NCBI GenBank assembly: GCA_964013405.1 | Contig: CAXGWI010000003.1 | Location: 1-64,000, forward strand | DNA from: an uncultured Myxococcales bacterium | GTDB taxonomy: Bacteria; Myxococcota; UBA4151 | Reading direction: 5' to 3' | DNA length: 64,000 nucleotides | Part shown: positions 10,910-20,816 of the stretch, in pieces | How positions within the stretch are numbered: the first letter of the stretch is position 1 | How the letters are laid out: each line of letters begins with the position of its first letter | The notes under the pieces: model-generated | Database searches by the model: none | Seen by the model: the letters and a program-made list of their open reading frames with translations, nothing else | What the model was told of the DNA's origin: nothing | Translations under genes and position numbers: made by a program

Positions 10910-12538
10910 GTGCTGTCCAAGCTGGCCTTCGAAGTGTACGGCTTAGCGGCGATGACGATGCGAACGAAAATCCTGTTTGCGGTGGTGGCCTTAGGACTCC
11001 TCTGGCCCTTTCCTTATTTTAACTCTCAAAGCCGCCATGGCTCCATCAACAATCCCAATGAAATGATCCGTGTGTACGCCGTCGCCGCCCTGGTCGAAGA
11101 CGGCGATTGGTCCATCGACAAGCCCCTAAAACGATGGGGCTGGGTCGACGACAAGGCTGAACGAGACGGGAAGATGTACTCCTCCAAAGCGCCGGGCACC
11201 ACCTTGATCGGTGCGCCCATTTACGGGCTGGTTCACCTCGTCACGGGTCCCTTGGACAAGATCACCCTCACCTGGCTCCTGCGGGTGAGTACCGGAATCC
11301 CCTGTCTGTTGTTGCTACTGTGGTGGCTTCGACGAGAAGTCCTGCGCCTCGGCAGCGACGAGGACTTGGCTGACGGTCTCGTCCTCGGCATGGGCCTGGG
11401 CTCGATGCTCTACGCCTACGCTCTTCTCTTTACAGGGCACCTGCAGGCGGCCCTTTTCGCTTTTGGCGCTTGGCATTTTGGCCGGCGGCGGGATCGCCGC
11501 GGGCTACTCCTTTTTGGTCTGTGCGCCGCAGCGACACCGGCCATGGAGTACCCCCATGCCCTGATTATCCTGCCCCTCGGCTTACGTTTTCTCTGGGCTG
11601 AGGGATGGGGCGGTCCCACCCTGATCCGACGTACGGGCTGGGCGTTGGCCGGTGGCCTGGTGCCCATCGGCCTGACCTGTTGGGCCCAAAGCGAAATGTT
11701 CGGGCGCTTTTGGCGAACCGGCTACTCGTTTCTCGAAAACCAAAGCTACAAGACCCTTCACGCCGAAGGATTTTTTGGCCTCCATTTGCCCCAGCCTGCC
11801 CGCCTCGCCAACGCGCTCTTCGCCGCGGACCTCGGCCTCTTTTTCTTCTGCCCTGTTCTCCTGTTGGGGCTCTTCGCTTGGATCCATGCATGGCGTCAGT
11901 CGAAGCAAGAGGCTGGATGGATCTTGGCTCTATTGGCACTGGAGCTGCTTTTCATCACGGCCCATGCCGGCTGGCGGGGTGGCTGGTCCGTTGGCCCGCG
12001 CTATATTCTCCCGATCGTTCCTTTCCTAGCCCTCGGCCTCGCCTTGATCCCCCTCGGTCGGCGGTGGTTACTCGCGGGGCTTCTTGGCCTGGGTCTGTTC
12101 TCGTCCGGGCTACCCTCGGCCCTTTATCCCCATCTCAGCGACGTCTTTACCAATCCCTGGAATAGCTTCCTGCTGCCGGCCTTGCGCAGCGGGCTGGTCT
12201 CTTACCAGCCAGGACCAACCCTCCTTGCGGTGAACCTGGGCAACGCACCTTTACTCATCGGTCTCGGGATCGCAGCGGTCTTCACAGCCCGTTTGGTGGC
12301 TCGAGCCGAGGGGGTCGCCGCCCTCTTCGTCGCACTCTTTTGCTTTACCGCCCTGGTCGTGCATCTGCCGGAGCGCGACCCCGAAGCAGCCGCCAGTGAG
12401 CGATGCCGGCTCTATCGTCTGTGGGAGCCTGCCCCCCCCCAGCCGGACACGCCTCAAGCCCTGGGTCACTACCACGCCTTGCGTTGTGAGCCGAAAGCCG
12501 CTCTGAAGGCCTACGGGCTCAGCCAGGAGAAACGATGA
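10910..12538 (+). CDS. Polytopic membrane protein, probable GT-C-fold (PMT/ArnT-like) glycosyltransferase
   Basis: More than 10 hydrophobic segments; first loop NPNE...DKAERDGKMYSSKAPG; late WRGGWSVGPRYILP motif. The true start may be the ATG at 10952. Confidence 0.6.
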   Translation: MLSKLAFEVYGLAAMTMRTKILFAVVALGLLWPFPYFNSQSRHGSINNPNEMIRVYAVAALVEDGDWSIDKPLKRWGWVDDKAERDGKMYSSKAPGTTLIGAPIYGLVHLVTGPLDKITLTWLLRVSTGIPCLLLLLWWLRREVLRLGSDEDLADGLVLGMGLGSMLYAYALLFTGHLQAALFAFGAWHFGRRRDRRGLLLFGLCAAATPAMEYPHALIILPLGLRFLWAEGWGGPTLIRRTGWALAGGLVPIGLTCWAQSEMFGRFWRTGYSFLENQSYKTLHAEGFFGLHLPQPARLANALFAADLGLFFFCPVLLLGLFAWIHAWRQSKQEAGWILALLALELLFITAHAGWRGGWSVGPRYILPIVPFLALGLALIPLGRRWLLAGLLGLGLFSSGLPSALYPHLSDVFTNPWNSFLLPALRSGLVSYQPGPTLLAVNLGNAPLLIGLGIAAVFTARLVARAEGVAALFVALFCFTALVVHLPERDPEAAASERCRLYRLWEPAPPQPDTPQALGHYHALRCEPKAALKAYGLSQEKR

Positions 12539-13413
12539 CCAAAAAGGCACTTCCCTGGGTGGTCACCCTGGCCTTGGTTGGAACGGCTTTCTTCGTCCAC
12601 CGGACACCGTCCTGGCTTCAACCGCTGTTTCGAGCCATCGGCGACCAGAGCTTCCTCGTGGTGATCGATGAAGAGATCGCTGTGGACCCAAATCACCTAA
12701 AAGGCCTGGTCTGGATCTCGAGAGATCGGCTCAAGCGAAAACACCTCAAAGACCTCGACCAAGTCTTCTGGCTGCGGCCCAGGGGCTCCACTCGGGCCGG
12801 ACTCTTCGGCCTGCAGGCCAACGAATGCCGAGATGAAGGCCCAGTTCAACTCTGTCTTGTGAAGTTGGACGCATGGAATCCCTGGCGACTGAGCAAAAAG
12901 GGTCGGGGCATCTCCGTGGCCAGCCAAGCCATGACCTGCAAGGTCAAAGACCTGCGAAAGAAATGCTTCTACGGCCATCAGGGCTGGGAATATCTGCGCC
13001 GAGAGCAGCATCAATTTGCTGGTGACCGACGCCCCTGCCTCTGGACCCACCCCATGAAAGATGAAGCGGTCACCGTGACGGTCGACGCCTTGCCGCCCGG
13101 CGACTACCGATTGATCGCCGGCTTGGACGACTCGGCCGTCCGAGGCGACCTCTCGGCCGTCGAGGTGTCGGTTGCTCAAAAGGGAAGCAAAGGCTGGCGA
13201 AAGAACCTCACCGTACCCGACCGCAAGGGGCTCCACCTTTTGCCGCTCCCCGAACTTCGCCCAGGGGAAGCGCTCCAGATCGAAGTCCGGGCCAAAGAAA
13301 CCGGCGCCCGTTTCTTTTGCTGGGATCTGGAACGCTCAGGGTCATTGCACCCGCCCAAGAGAGAGGATAAGGAGCCCCCCGCCAAATCAAAATCGATGGA
13401 GACCTCGCCATGA
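12535..13413 (+). CDS. Hypothetical membrane-anchored, Cys-containing exported protein
   Basis: N-terminal hydrophobic anchor; ATGA coupling to both neighbours. Confidence 0.65.
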   Translation: MTKKALPWVVTLALVGTAFFVHRTPSWLQPLFRAIGDQSFLVVIDEEIAVDPNHLKGLVWISRDRLKRKHLKDLDQVFWLRPRGSTRAGLFGLQANECRDEGPVQLCLVKLDAWNPWRLSKKGRGISVASQAMTCKVKDLRKKCFYGHQGWEYLRREQHQFAGDRRPCLWTHPMKDEAVTVTVDALPPGDYRLIAGLDDSAVRGDLSAVEVSVAQKGSKGWRKNLTVPDRKGLHLLPLPELRPGEALQIEVRAKETGARFFCWDLERSGSLHPPKREDKEPPAKSKSMETSP

Positions 13414-13736
13414 GCAACGCCCCTTTGGTGATCACTGACGCTAGTTTCGAAACGGACGTTTTGAACGCCGACAAGCCTGTCCTTGTGGACTTCTGGGCCA
13501 CTTGGTGCGGCCCCTGCCGGGCCCTGGCGCCGGTCATCGACGAGTTAGCGACAGACTTCCAAGGCCGAGCAGCCATCGCCAAGATGGATGTGGACGCCAA
13601 TCGAGAGACCCCCTCCAAGTTTGGCATCCGCGGCATCCCCGCCCTGCTGCTCTTCAAGGACGGTCAGGTGGTGGGTCAGTTAGTGGGCGCCCAGCCGAAA
13701 GCCAAGATCAGCGAGTTGATCGAAAAGCACGTCTAA
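13410..13736 (+). CDS. trxA: Thioredoxin
   Basis: VLVDFWATWCGPC active site and GIRGIP cis-Pro loop; 108 aa. Confidence 0.97.
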   Translation: MSNAPLVITDASFETDVLNADKPVLVDFWATWCGPCRALAPVIDELATDFQGRAAIAKMDVDANRETPSKFGIRGIPALLLFKDGQVVGQLVGAQPKAKISELIEKHV

Positions 13737-13773
13737 GCTGGTGGCAGCCCCCTTTGGGGGCCCGGCCTTCCAA

Positions 13774-15024
13774 CTAGGCTAAGCCGGCCCGCCGAGAGCG
13801 GGCGTGGATCATCAGGCCCAGTGCGAAGGATAAGCTCAATAGGGATGAGCCTCCGTAACTGAACAAAGGCAATGTCATGCCCACGACGGGCAGCACGCCA
13901 CTCACCATGCCCACGTTGACGACCACCTGACAGCTAAACAGGGTGGCGATGCCGTAACCACAGAGCTCCAAGAACCGGCTTTGGCTATTCTGGGCCCCAT
14001 CGATGATGAGCAGGACGATGGTGGCGAGGAGCGCCAAGACCAAAAGACTGCCGATCAGGCCCCACTCTTCGGCTAAGACGGCAAAGATGAAGTCGGTATG
14101 GTGTTCGGGAAGTCTCGCTGTCTGGCTCTGGGCGCCGGCGCCGATTCCCTGACCCAACACCCCCCCATTGGCGATGGCGTTGACGGACTGAATCGTGTGG
14201 TAGCCGATATCCTGCGCACCGGCCTTGGGATTGATCACCCCGAGAATTCGCATCTTCTGATACGGCAGCAACATGAAATTCCAAGCGAACCAGGCGGCTG
14301 CGCCAAGAATCGGCATGGCGGCGACACTCCAACGCCAACTCGGGGCTCGAATGCCCGCCCCCCAAAAGACGCCCGCACCACAGGCGAGAATGACCAACGA
14401 CGTTCCGAGATCGGGTTCGATATAGACCAGAGCGGCGGGAAGCAGCACCAGATCGACGGGCGCGATGAGACGCTGCCGGATCCCTCCCCGAGCAGCCACC
14501 ACCACGGCGACCACAATCCACAACACAGCCACGATCGCCAGGGGCCAATAGCCCGGGCCGAGCCGGTCGCCCCGGACCAGCAACAGCCCGACGATCGCAA
14601 TGGGCCTGCTCACATTGAGGGGCATGATCAATTCTGAAATGCGCCAGGACTCGTCGTGGCGTTTACGCTCCGACATGAACTTGGCCGTCAGTAGGATCAC
14701 CGCCAGCTTGGCAAACTCACTGGGTTGGACTCGTAGTCCTCCCAAAGCAAGCCAACGCCTCGACCCGTTGACCACCGGTCCAAAGAACAAGACGGCAATC
14801 AAAAGACCGAGCACAGCAATCCACATCCACAAGGACAGTCGCTCCCACAGTTTCGTGGGCGTATAGACCAGAACGAGAATGACGATGGTGGCGAGTCCCA
14901 AGAAGATCACTTGTTTGTTGAAATCCGTGGGTCGCAGGCTGGTGGCCGACTTGAGGTTTGCCAGCGCGATCGCCAGCGTCAGCGCCAGCACGATCGGCAG
15001 CGCTCTATCGATGCGCAGATTCAT
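13774..15024 (-). CDS. rodA: Rod shape-determining SEDS glycosyltransferase RodA
   Basis: Motifs GSRRWL, QPSEFAK, EPDLGT, LPEHHTDFIF and PLFSYGGSS; lies immediately downstream of PBP2. Confidence 0.93.
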   Translation of the reverse strand: MNLRIDRALPIVLALTLAIALANLKSATSLRPTDFNKQVIFLGLATIVILVLVYTPTKLWERLSLWMWIAVLGLLIAVLFFGPVVNGSRRWLALGGLRVQPSEFAKLAVILLTAKFMSERKRHDESWRISELIMPLNVSRPIAIVGLLLVRGDRLGPGYWPLAIVAVLWIVVAVVVAARGGIRQRLIAPVDLVLLPAALVYIEPDLGTSLVILACGAGVFWGAGIRAPSWRWSVAAMPILGAAAWFAWNFMLLPYQKMRILGVINPKAGAQDIGYHTIQSVNAIANGGVLGQGIGAGAQSQTARLPEHHTDFIFAVLAEEWGLIGSLLVLALLATIVLLIIDGAQNSQSRFLELCGYGIATLFSCQVVVNVGMVSGVLPVVGMTLPLFSYGGSSLLSLSFALGLMIHARSRRAGLA

Positions 15025-17141
15025 CCCCGCTCCTCGGGCACCAGCACACTGGCGAGAATCTCAAAGGCGATCGGGGCTGCAGCCTTACCACCGCTCCCCC
15101 CATGCTCGACAAAAACAGCCACGGCGACCACGGGATCCTTCGCCGGGGCAAAGCCGGCAAACCAAGCGTGGTCCTGACTGGCATAATCATCGGTCCGAAT
15201 CTTGAAACCATACCGGTCTCGCCTGAGTTTGCGCACCTGGGCGGTTCCCGTCTTTCCAGCGACCTCGATACCAGCCTGGCGTAACCGAACCGCTCCCGGA
15301 CTCGCACCCTCGAGGTGGAACGCTCGATAAGCGGTACCACGCTCATCATTCACCACCTGACGGAGGCCTTCTCGAACGATTTGCAGGTGGGCCTCAGGAA
15401 TCTCGAGTCGCGGCGGCTCAACCTCCCGGTTGTCCACCAGCTGCTCGCCATCCTCTGTGACCACTCGGCGAACGATGCGGGCCTGAATCGAGTTGCCCGA
15501 CGCGATGCGGGCATAGGCCAGGGCTAACTGATAGGGCGTTGTCGTGACAAAGCCCTGACCGATACTGGCATTGATCGCATCACCCAGGGTGCAGGAGAGC
15601 GGGTGCTTACGACCCCGCTCGTCGATCCAATACTTTCGACTTCGGCAATAGCTGTCCGTGGGCAGGACCCCATTCACTTCAGGCCCCAAAGAAAGGCCGG
15701 CCATCTCACCAAAGCCCAGCACGCGGGCCGTATCGACGATGGGCTCCATGCCCATCCGTTCGGCCAACTTGTAGAAGAACACATTGCAGGAATGACGCAT
15801 GGCACCGACCACATCGAGGGGACCATGGCCGGGCCGATGCCAACAGGCCCAGGTGGTTTCCCCCAAACTGAAGCTCCCAGGGCAGTAGGCGCCGTGCTGA
15901 GGCCGAATGGTGCCCTCCCGGAGGCCAGCCAGCGCGGTGACCACCTTAAAGGTCGAGGCCGGAGCGAAGTGGTCTGCGAGCACCCGATTCACCAGGGGTT
16001 TATCCCCATGAGTGATCACCGCTCGGTTGTAGGCGCTTTGACGGATGCGATTGGGATCCGGGGTCGGAAAACTCGCCATGGCCAAAACCTCGCCATTGCG
16101 AACATCCATGACGACCACCGCACCACGGCGCCCGGTGAAGGCCTTTTCGGAGGCCTGTTGGACCTCCAACTCGAGGGTCAACTCCACATCATGCCCACTG
16201 CGTGGCTCCAAGCGATGGGTGTCGCCAAGCAGTTCCTCGGCCCACTGTCCTTTCACCGGATTACCCCGACTGTCCCGCACCACATAGCGGATGCCATCCG
16301 TCCCCCGAAGATAGGACTCCATGCGACGTTCGGTCCCCGTCCGCCCGATGAGTTCGCCGGTTTTAAAAATACCGGCTCCGAGCTTCAACTCCTCCTCGGT
16401 GACCTCGTTCATATAGCCCAGCACATGGTAGGCCAGCCGGTCATGGCGGTAAGCCCGTCGGCGGCCTTGTCGTACGATGATGCCTTTGAGTCTTCCCACG
16501 CTGACTTCGGCAGCGATCGCATGCCAGGCCCCCATGGGGATATCGCTCACGAGGAGCCGCTCCCGACTGCCGGCATATTCGATCCGGTTGGCCAGCAGGC
16601 GACGGCGCCGGAGGCTCAAGTTGAGGTAACGATGCAGGCGATAGACCAGTCGTTCGGAACTGGGGAACTCCAGCGGGTCGATGAAGACCGACTCCCGATC
16701 GGCCCGAACCCCCGGAAGATAACTCACCTGGGTGGACGATACCGGTCGCCCCAAGACCACCTCAACCTCCTCCGGATTGCCGGTCAATGCTCGGGTCGCT
16801 AGGATCTTCCTCGGCCCGTCGAAGGCCTTAGGGGCCACACCCAGGCGTCGGCTTAGGCGCCGGAGCCGAGGTCCCGTCTGCAGAGCTCGCTTCCCGTCGA
16901 CCCACAGGTCGATGGCCGGCATGGAGTTTACGATAACCCGCCGGTTTCGGTCGAGAATCCGTCCCCGCTCATGGGGAATCGGCTCTTCGGTGATGACCTG
17001 GCGGTTGATCGCTTCCGACGCGCCCTCGTGGGCGACCAAGGCCAACCAAGCGACCCGCCCCGCAAGCAAGGTGAAGACCAGCAGCACCCCACCGCCGAAG
17101 ACCAGAGCCCGAAATTCCCGATCCTGGCGGCTCATGTCCAT
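15021..17141 (-). CDS. mrdA: Penicillin-binding protein 2 (class B transpeptidase)
   Basis: Motifs RGRILDRN, HVLGY, GRTGTE, SxxK (PASTFK), SxN (SCN), KTG (GKTGTAQ) and DHAWF; mre operon context. Confidence 0.93.
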   Translation of the reverse strand: MDMSRQDREFRALVFGGGVLLVFTLLAGRVAWLALVAHEGASEAINRQVITEEPIPHERGRILDRNRRVIVNSMPAIDLWVDGKRALQTGPRLRRLSRRLGVAPKAFDGPRKILATRALTGNPEEVEVVLGRPVSSTQVSYLPGVRADRESVFIDPLEFPSSERLVYRLHRYLNLSLRRRRLLANRIEYAGSRERLLVSDIPMGAWHAIAAEVSVGRLKGIIVRQGRRRAYRHDRLAYHVLGYMNEVTEEELKLGAGIFKTGELIGRTGTERRMESYLRGTDGIRYVVRDSRGNPVKGQWAEELLGDTHRLEPRSGHDVELTLELEVQQASEKAFTGRRGAVVVMDVRNGEVLAMASFPTPDPNRIRQSAYNRAVITHGDKPLVNRVLADHFAPASTFKVVTALAGLREGTIRPQHGAYCPGSFSLGETTWACWHRPGHGPLDVVGAMRHSCNVFFYKLAERMGMEPIVDTARVLGFGEMAGLSLGPEVNGVLPTDSYCRSRKYWIDERGRKHPLSCTLGDAINASIGQGFVTTTPYQLALAYARIASGNSIQARIVRRVVTEDGEQLVDNREVEPPRLEIPEAHLQIVREGLRQVVNDERGTAYRAFHLEGASPGAVRLRQAGIEVAGKTGTAQVRKLRRDRYGFKIRTDDYASQDHAWFAGFAPAKDPVVAVAVFVEHGGSGGKAAAPIAFEILASVLVPEERG

Positions 17142-17599
17142 GACCTCCCGCCCTCTTCACCCAGCAGGTAAAGGGCGATCGGCCGACTCAAGACCAAACC
17201 GGTCACGAGAAAGGAGGCAGAGGCAGCCAGGGACGGCAGATTGGGGGGCACCGCCGAGAGCAGGCTTAAGGCGAAGCTCGTGATGATGCCCAAAATGGTG
17301 ATCGGCATCCCGGCAAAAAAACAGTCTGACCAGTCGGGGGGGCCCTGACGCATGACCTGGCGCAGCAGCAAGACGGCCAAGCCGCCCCCCATCGCCCAAG
17401 CCCCCGGCGGCAAACCGAAGGCCAGTTCACCGAAGCCGATGCAACAGGTCGCTCCCATCATTGCCGATGGGGCTTCTCGCAAGAAACTACAGGCGATAGC
17501 ACCGGCCAAGGGCAGTCCCAACCAAGGCTCCAGTTGGAAACTCCCCAACAAAAAACACAGGGCAAATACCCCCGTCCAAAGCAGAACCAAGCGCTTCAA
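17132..17599 (-). CDS. mreD: MreD-like membrane protein
   Basis: 155 aa and very hydrophobic; sits between mreC and mrdA. Sequence is divergent, so the call rests mostly on position. Confidence 0.65.
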   Translation of the reverse strand: MKRLVLLWTGVFALCFLLGSFQLEPWLGLPLAGAIACSFLREAPSAMMGATCCIGFGELAFGLPPGAWAMGGGLAVLLLRQVMRQGPPDWSDCFFAGMPITILGIITSFALSLLSAVPPNLPSLAASASFLVTGLVLSRPIALYLLGEEGGRSWT

Positions 17600-18450
17600 G
17601 GCACCTGACCTAGGACCCGCGGCGGGACGGGACGAAAGCCCTGGAAGGGGCGTGGGTCGGTGGCCACCATGAGGAGATCCGCCTCTCGGGGATGGCGGAT
17701 GGGCTCAACACCAACGAGAAGGCGCCCCTCCCCTGGCTCCATTTCAAGCCAGATTACCCGGCCGATGGGCAAGCCTTCGGGCAGGGGGCTTTCCAGGGAA
17801 CGTGTGACCAGCATCTCCCCCTGTTCTGGGGGCGTCGAGGGATCGGCGCCAATGCAGACCAAACCGCCGCTCCCGTCGCCATGAATCATCCCAATACTGC
17901 CACTGCGGGCCCCTTCGAAGCCGATGGCGCTGCGCGGGTGGGTCAAGGGCATGACCTCGGAACTGCCAACGGTGACCTGGCGAATACGACCGAGAACACC
18001 CCGGTCGTCGACCACCAAGTCGCCGACTCGCACACCATGGTCCCGACCGACACTGGCCACCAGGCGGGGGAAATCTTCACCGATTCCCGCGAAGACGATC
18101 TCGCCGCTTACCCAGGCCACGGCCGGCGATGCTTGTTTGAGTTGTAATAGCCTCTCGAGCCGGTCAGAGCGCCGGAGCCTCGCCTTCAGGCGCATGAGAT
18201 CCAGGCGCAGACGGCGGTTTTCCTGCCAGGTATCGTACGCATCTTGACGGGCGGTGGCTAAGCTCCGGCGTTCGGCCCACCAGTCGGCGACCATCGCATG
18301 GGACCAGTGCAAACCCTTCGCAATCGGCCCCGTGACCACAAGGACGATGCGATCAAGCGGGCCCGGCTGCTCGGCTCGAACATGGGCCAAATACACCACT
18401 GGCCAGGCAAGGATCAGGAAGCCCAAAATCACCCAGGAGCGAGTCTTCAA
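17596..18450 (-). CDS. mreC: Rod shape-determining protein MreC
   Basis: N-terminal TM, coiled coil (ENRRLR...RLERLLQL), GRDHGVRVGD, GVLGRI and PEGLPIGRV; downstream of mreB. Confidence 0.88.
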   Translation of the reverse strand: MKTRSWVILGFLILAWPVVYLAHVRAEQPGPLDRIVLVVTGPIAKGLHWSHAMVADWWAERRSLATARQDAYDTWQENRRLRLDLMRLKARLRRSDRLERLLQLKQASPAVAWVSGEIVFAGIGEDFPRLVASVGRDHGVRVGDLVVDDRGVLGRIRQVTVGSSEVMPLTHPRSAIGFEGARSGSIGMIHGDGSGGLVCIGADPSTPPEQGEMLVTRSLESPLPEGLPIGRVIWLEMEPGEGRLLVGVEPIRHPREADLLMVATDPRPFQGFRPVPPRVLGQVP

Positions 18451-19457
18451 AGGGCCGCCCGTCGGTCCAGTTGCTCTGCGAATTCAATGAATCTACCGGC
18501 CCCCTCCACAACGCATGTGTGGGGGTTTTCCGCCCGGAAAACCGGCAGGTCAGTCCGCTCTCGGAGCGCGGTGTCCAAGCCTTGAAGTAGCGAGCCCCCA
18601 CCGGCCAGCACGATGCCCCGATCAAGAAGGTCCGCGCTCAACTCCGGCGGGGTTTCCGCCAAGGTCTCAGCGACCGCGGCACAGATGCGCTCGATGACCG
18701 GACCTAATGCCGCTGCCGCCTCAAGACTACTGATGGAGGCGCTCCGAGGAATGCCGGTCAGAGCGCAGCGCCCCCGAACATCGAGGACACCACTAGGGGG
18801 GTCGGGAATGGCCCAGCCGACCTCTTTTTTTAGCCGCTCGGCGCTGGCCGGTCCAATGATGAGATCATGGTGACCCCGAACGTATTCGATCAAAGCCCGA
18901 TCCATTGCATCGCCGGCCCAGTTCAGGCTCGTCGACACCGCGATGTCCCCAAGGGTGATCACGGCGATATCCGTGGTCCCGCCGCCAATATCCACCACCA
19001 TCGATGCGCCGGCCATGGCCACGGGGAGCCCGGCGCCAATGGCCGCTGCCAAGGGTTCTTCGATGAGATACACGTTGCCCGCACCAGCAGCCTTCGTGGT
19101 CGAGACCATGGCCCGCTCCACCAACTGACTGATACGAGCAGGAATGCACACGGCAACGCGGGGCCGCCCAATCCAGAGGCCGCGACGGATTTGGCCGACC
19201 AAGTTTTTGAGTAACTCCAAAGCCAAGGAGTCATCGGCGATCACGCCATCTTGAATGGGGCGCATGGCCGTAATCCCACTGGGTGTCCGGCCCAGCATCC
19301 GATAGGCCTCCGCGCCGACGCTGAGGACCCGGCGTCTTCCCTGGCTGTCCGTCCCCACGGCAACAACCGATGGCTCTTGGATCACAACCCCTTCACCCTT
19401 GACCCAAACCAGGGTGTTCGCAGTGCCGAGATCAATGGCGATATCTGGTGCTCTCAC
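18447..19457 (-). CDS. mreB: Actin-like rod shape-determining protein MreB
   Basis: Motifs IAIDLGTAN, EPSVVA, RPIQDGVIAD, IEEPLAAAIGAG, DIGGGTTD and LAGGGSLL. GTG at 19457 overlaps the upstream TGA; the ORF track starts at 19535. Confidence 0.95.
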   Translation of the reverse strand: MRAPDIAIDLGTANTLVWVKGEGVVIQEPSVVAVGTDSQGRRRVLSVGAEAYRMLGRTPSGITAMRPIQDGVIADDSLALELLKNLVGQIRRGLWIGRPRVAVCIPARISQLVERAMVSTTKAAGAGNVYLIEEPLAAAIGAGLPVAMAGASMVVDIGGGTTDIAVITLGDIAVSTSLNWAGDAMDRALIEYVRGHHDLIIGPASAERLKKEVGWAIPDPPSGVLDVRGRCALTGIPRSASISSLEAAAALGPVIERICAAVAETLAETPPELSADLLDRGIVLAGGGSLLQGLDTALRERTDLPVFRAENPHTCVVEGAGRFIEFAEQLDRRAAL

Positions 19458-20773
19458 GCCGACTCCTCGGGCTTGGTAAAGCCCAATCGATCCCTTGCAA
19501 GATTCATGGCTAAGTGACGTGCATCCACCCGGCAACGCCCAGTATGTAAAAGTCCCCGCAGGCCAACCAGTACCCGTAGATACACCAGCGCCTCAGGAGG
19601 CGGTACCATTCGGGCGAACTCAAGGTTCTCTAAAAGGAAGCCTTGAACCCCTTCGCGCAAAGGCCATTGGGCGAAGTCAAAAGGACCTTCGTGAAGAAAT
19701 GGTGTCAGGCCCACCTCGCCAAAAGCCCGCAGAACGTCTGGGCGTTGTTTCACCTGGCCACGGCCAAAGCCCAAATCCGAGTAAAGCTGGGGCAAATCAT
19801 CGTAGCGCTCCTCCCAAGTGGCGACGAGCAACTTCAGAAAGCCGTCGGTCATGGCCGGCTCAAACCGCCGCACGCAACCGAAATCCAAAAGCCCCAGGCG
19901 GCCATCCTCTAAGTATATAAAGTTGCCTGGATGGGTATCGCCATGAACGAACTGATGCAGGTGAAAGCTACCGCTCCACGTGAGCACCAGGGTTTCACCG
20001 ATCCGATCCCGCTCTTCCTGCGTCATGGTCTCGAAGGCATCGAGCAAGGGTATCCCATCCAATTGCTCCATGGCGAGGACTCGGTCGGTTGTGAGTTCCG
20101 GAATGCCCTTGGGAACCACCAGGTCGGGAATAAAGGCCAGCAGTTCCGCTCCCGCCTCAAGGTTCTTTAGTTCCTCAAGATAATCGCTTTCGAGAAGGAA
20201 GCGCTCGCGGAGCTCCTCCACATAGGCTCCAGCCTGCTTGCGGATGTTTGCCACGGGGTTGATGGACAAGAGGCGCTTCAAGTGGCCGAGGTCGGCTTCG
20301 AGACTGTCCCGCACGCCCGGATACTGAACCTTCAAAGCCACCCGGCGACCGTCATGGAGTCGCCCCTTGTGCACTTGACCCAAGCTGGCAGCCCCTAAAG
20401 GCTCCGCCTCGATCTCAGCGAATAAATCCAGCCGCTCAGGCCCCCAGTCCTCTTCCAGAATTTGCTGAACCTTTGAAAAGGGCATGGGCGGCGCTTGGCG
20501 CTGCAAGACGGTGAGCGCTTTGGCCATCTCCGGCGGCAACAACTCGGGATCCGACGAGAGGATTTGCCCCAGTTTCATGGCGGCACCTTTGAGATCGCCT
20601 AAAGCCGCGGCCATCTCCTGACCGGCCCGCAGTAAACGCTGGCGCCGCGCTTCTTCTTTTGCCCCCTGAGCGCGAAAACCATCGAGAAGAAGGTCACCCA
20701 CGTAGCGCCCTGAGGCGCCAAGCGCTGAACTTCCCATCCGCCGCAAACGCGACCACCCCTTCTTCTCGACCAA
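19454..20773 (-). CDS. ABC1/UbiB/AarF atypical kinase family protein
   Basis: KxGQ motif (MKLGQ), AASLGQVH, VALKVQYPG, HGDTHPGN and LDFG. Confidence 0.92.
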   Translation of the reverse strand: MVEKKGWSRLRRMGSSALGASGRYVGDLLLDGFRAQGAKEEARRQRLLRAGQEMAAALGDLKGAAMKLGQILSSDPELLPPEMAKALTVLQRQAPPMPFSKVQQILEEDWGPERLDLFAEIEAEPLGAASLGQVHKGRLHDGRRVALKVQYPGVRDSLEADLGHLKRLLSINPVANIRKQAGAYVEELRERFLLESDYLEELKNLEAGAELLAFIPDLVVPKGIPELTTDRVLAMEQLDGIPLLDAFETMTQEERDRIGETLVLTWSGSFHLHQFVHGDTHPGNFIYLEDGRLGLLDFGCVRRFEPAMTDGFLKLLVATWEERYDDLPQLYSDLGFGRGQVKQRPDVLRAFGEVGLTPFLHEGPFDFAQWPLREGVQGFLLENLEFARMVPPPEALVYLRVLVGLRGLLHTGRCRVDARHLAMNLARDRLGFTKPEESA

Positions 20774-20788
20774 GGCCTACTCCGGGTT

Positions 20789-20816
20789 TTGCCTCCGGGC
20801 CCCCCTACACTATGCT
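20789..20816 (+). promoter_or_regulatory. Possible sigma70-type promoter for the M23 peptidase gene
   Basis: TTGCCT (20789-20794), 16-nt spacer, TATGCT (20811-20816), directly followed by an 11-bp inverted repeat. Confidence 0.35.
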
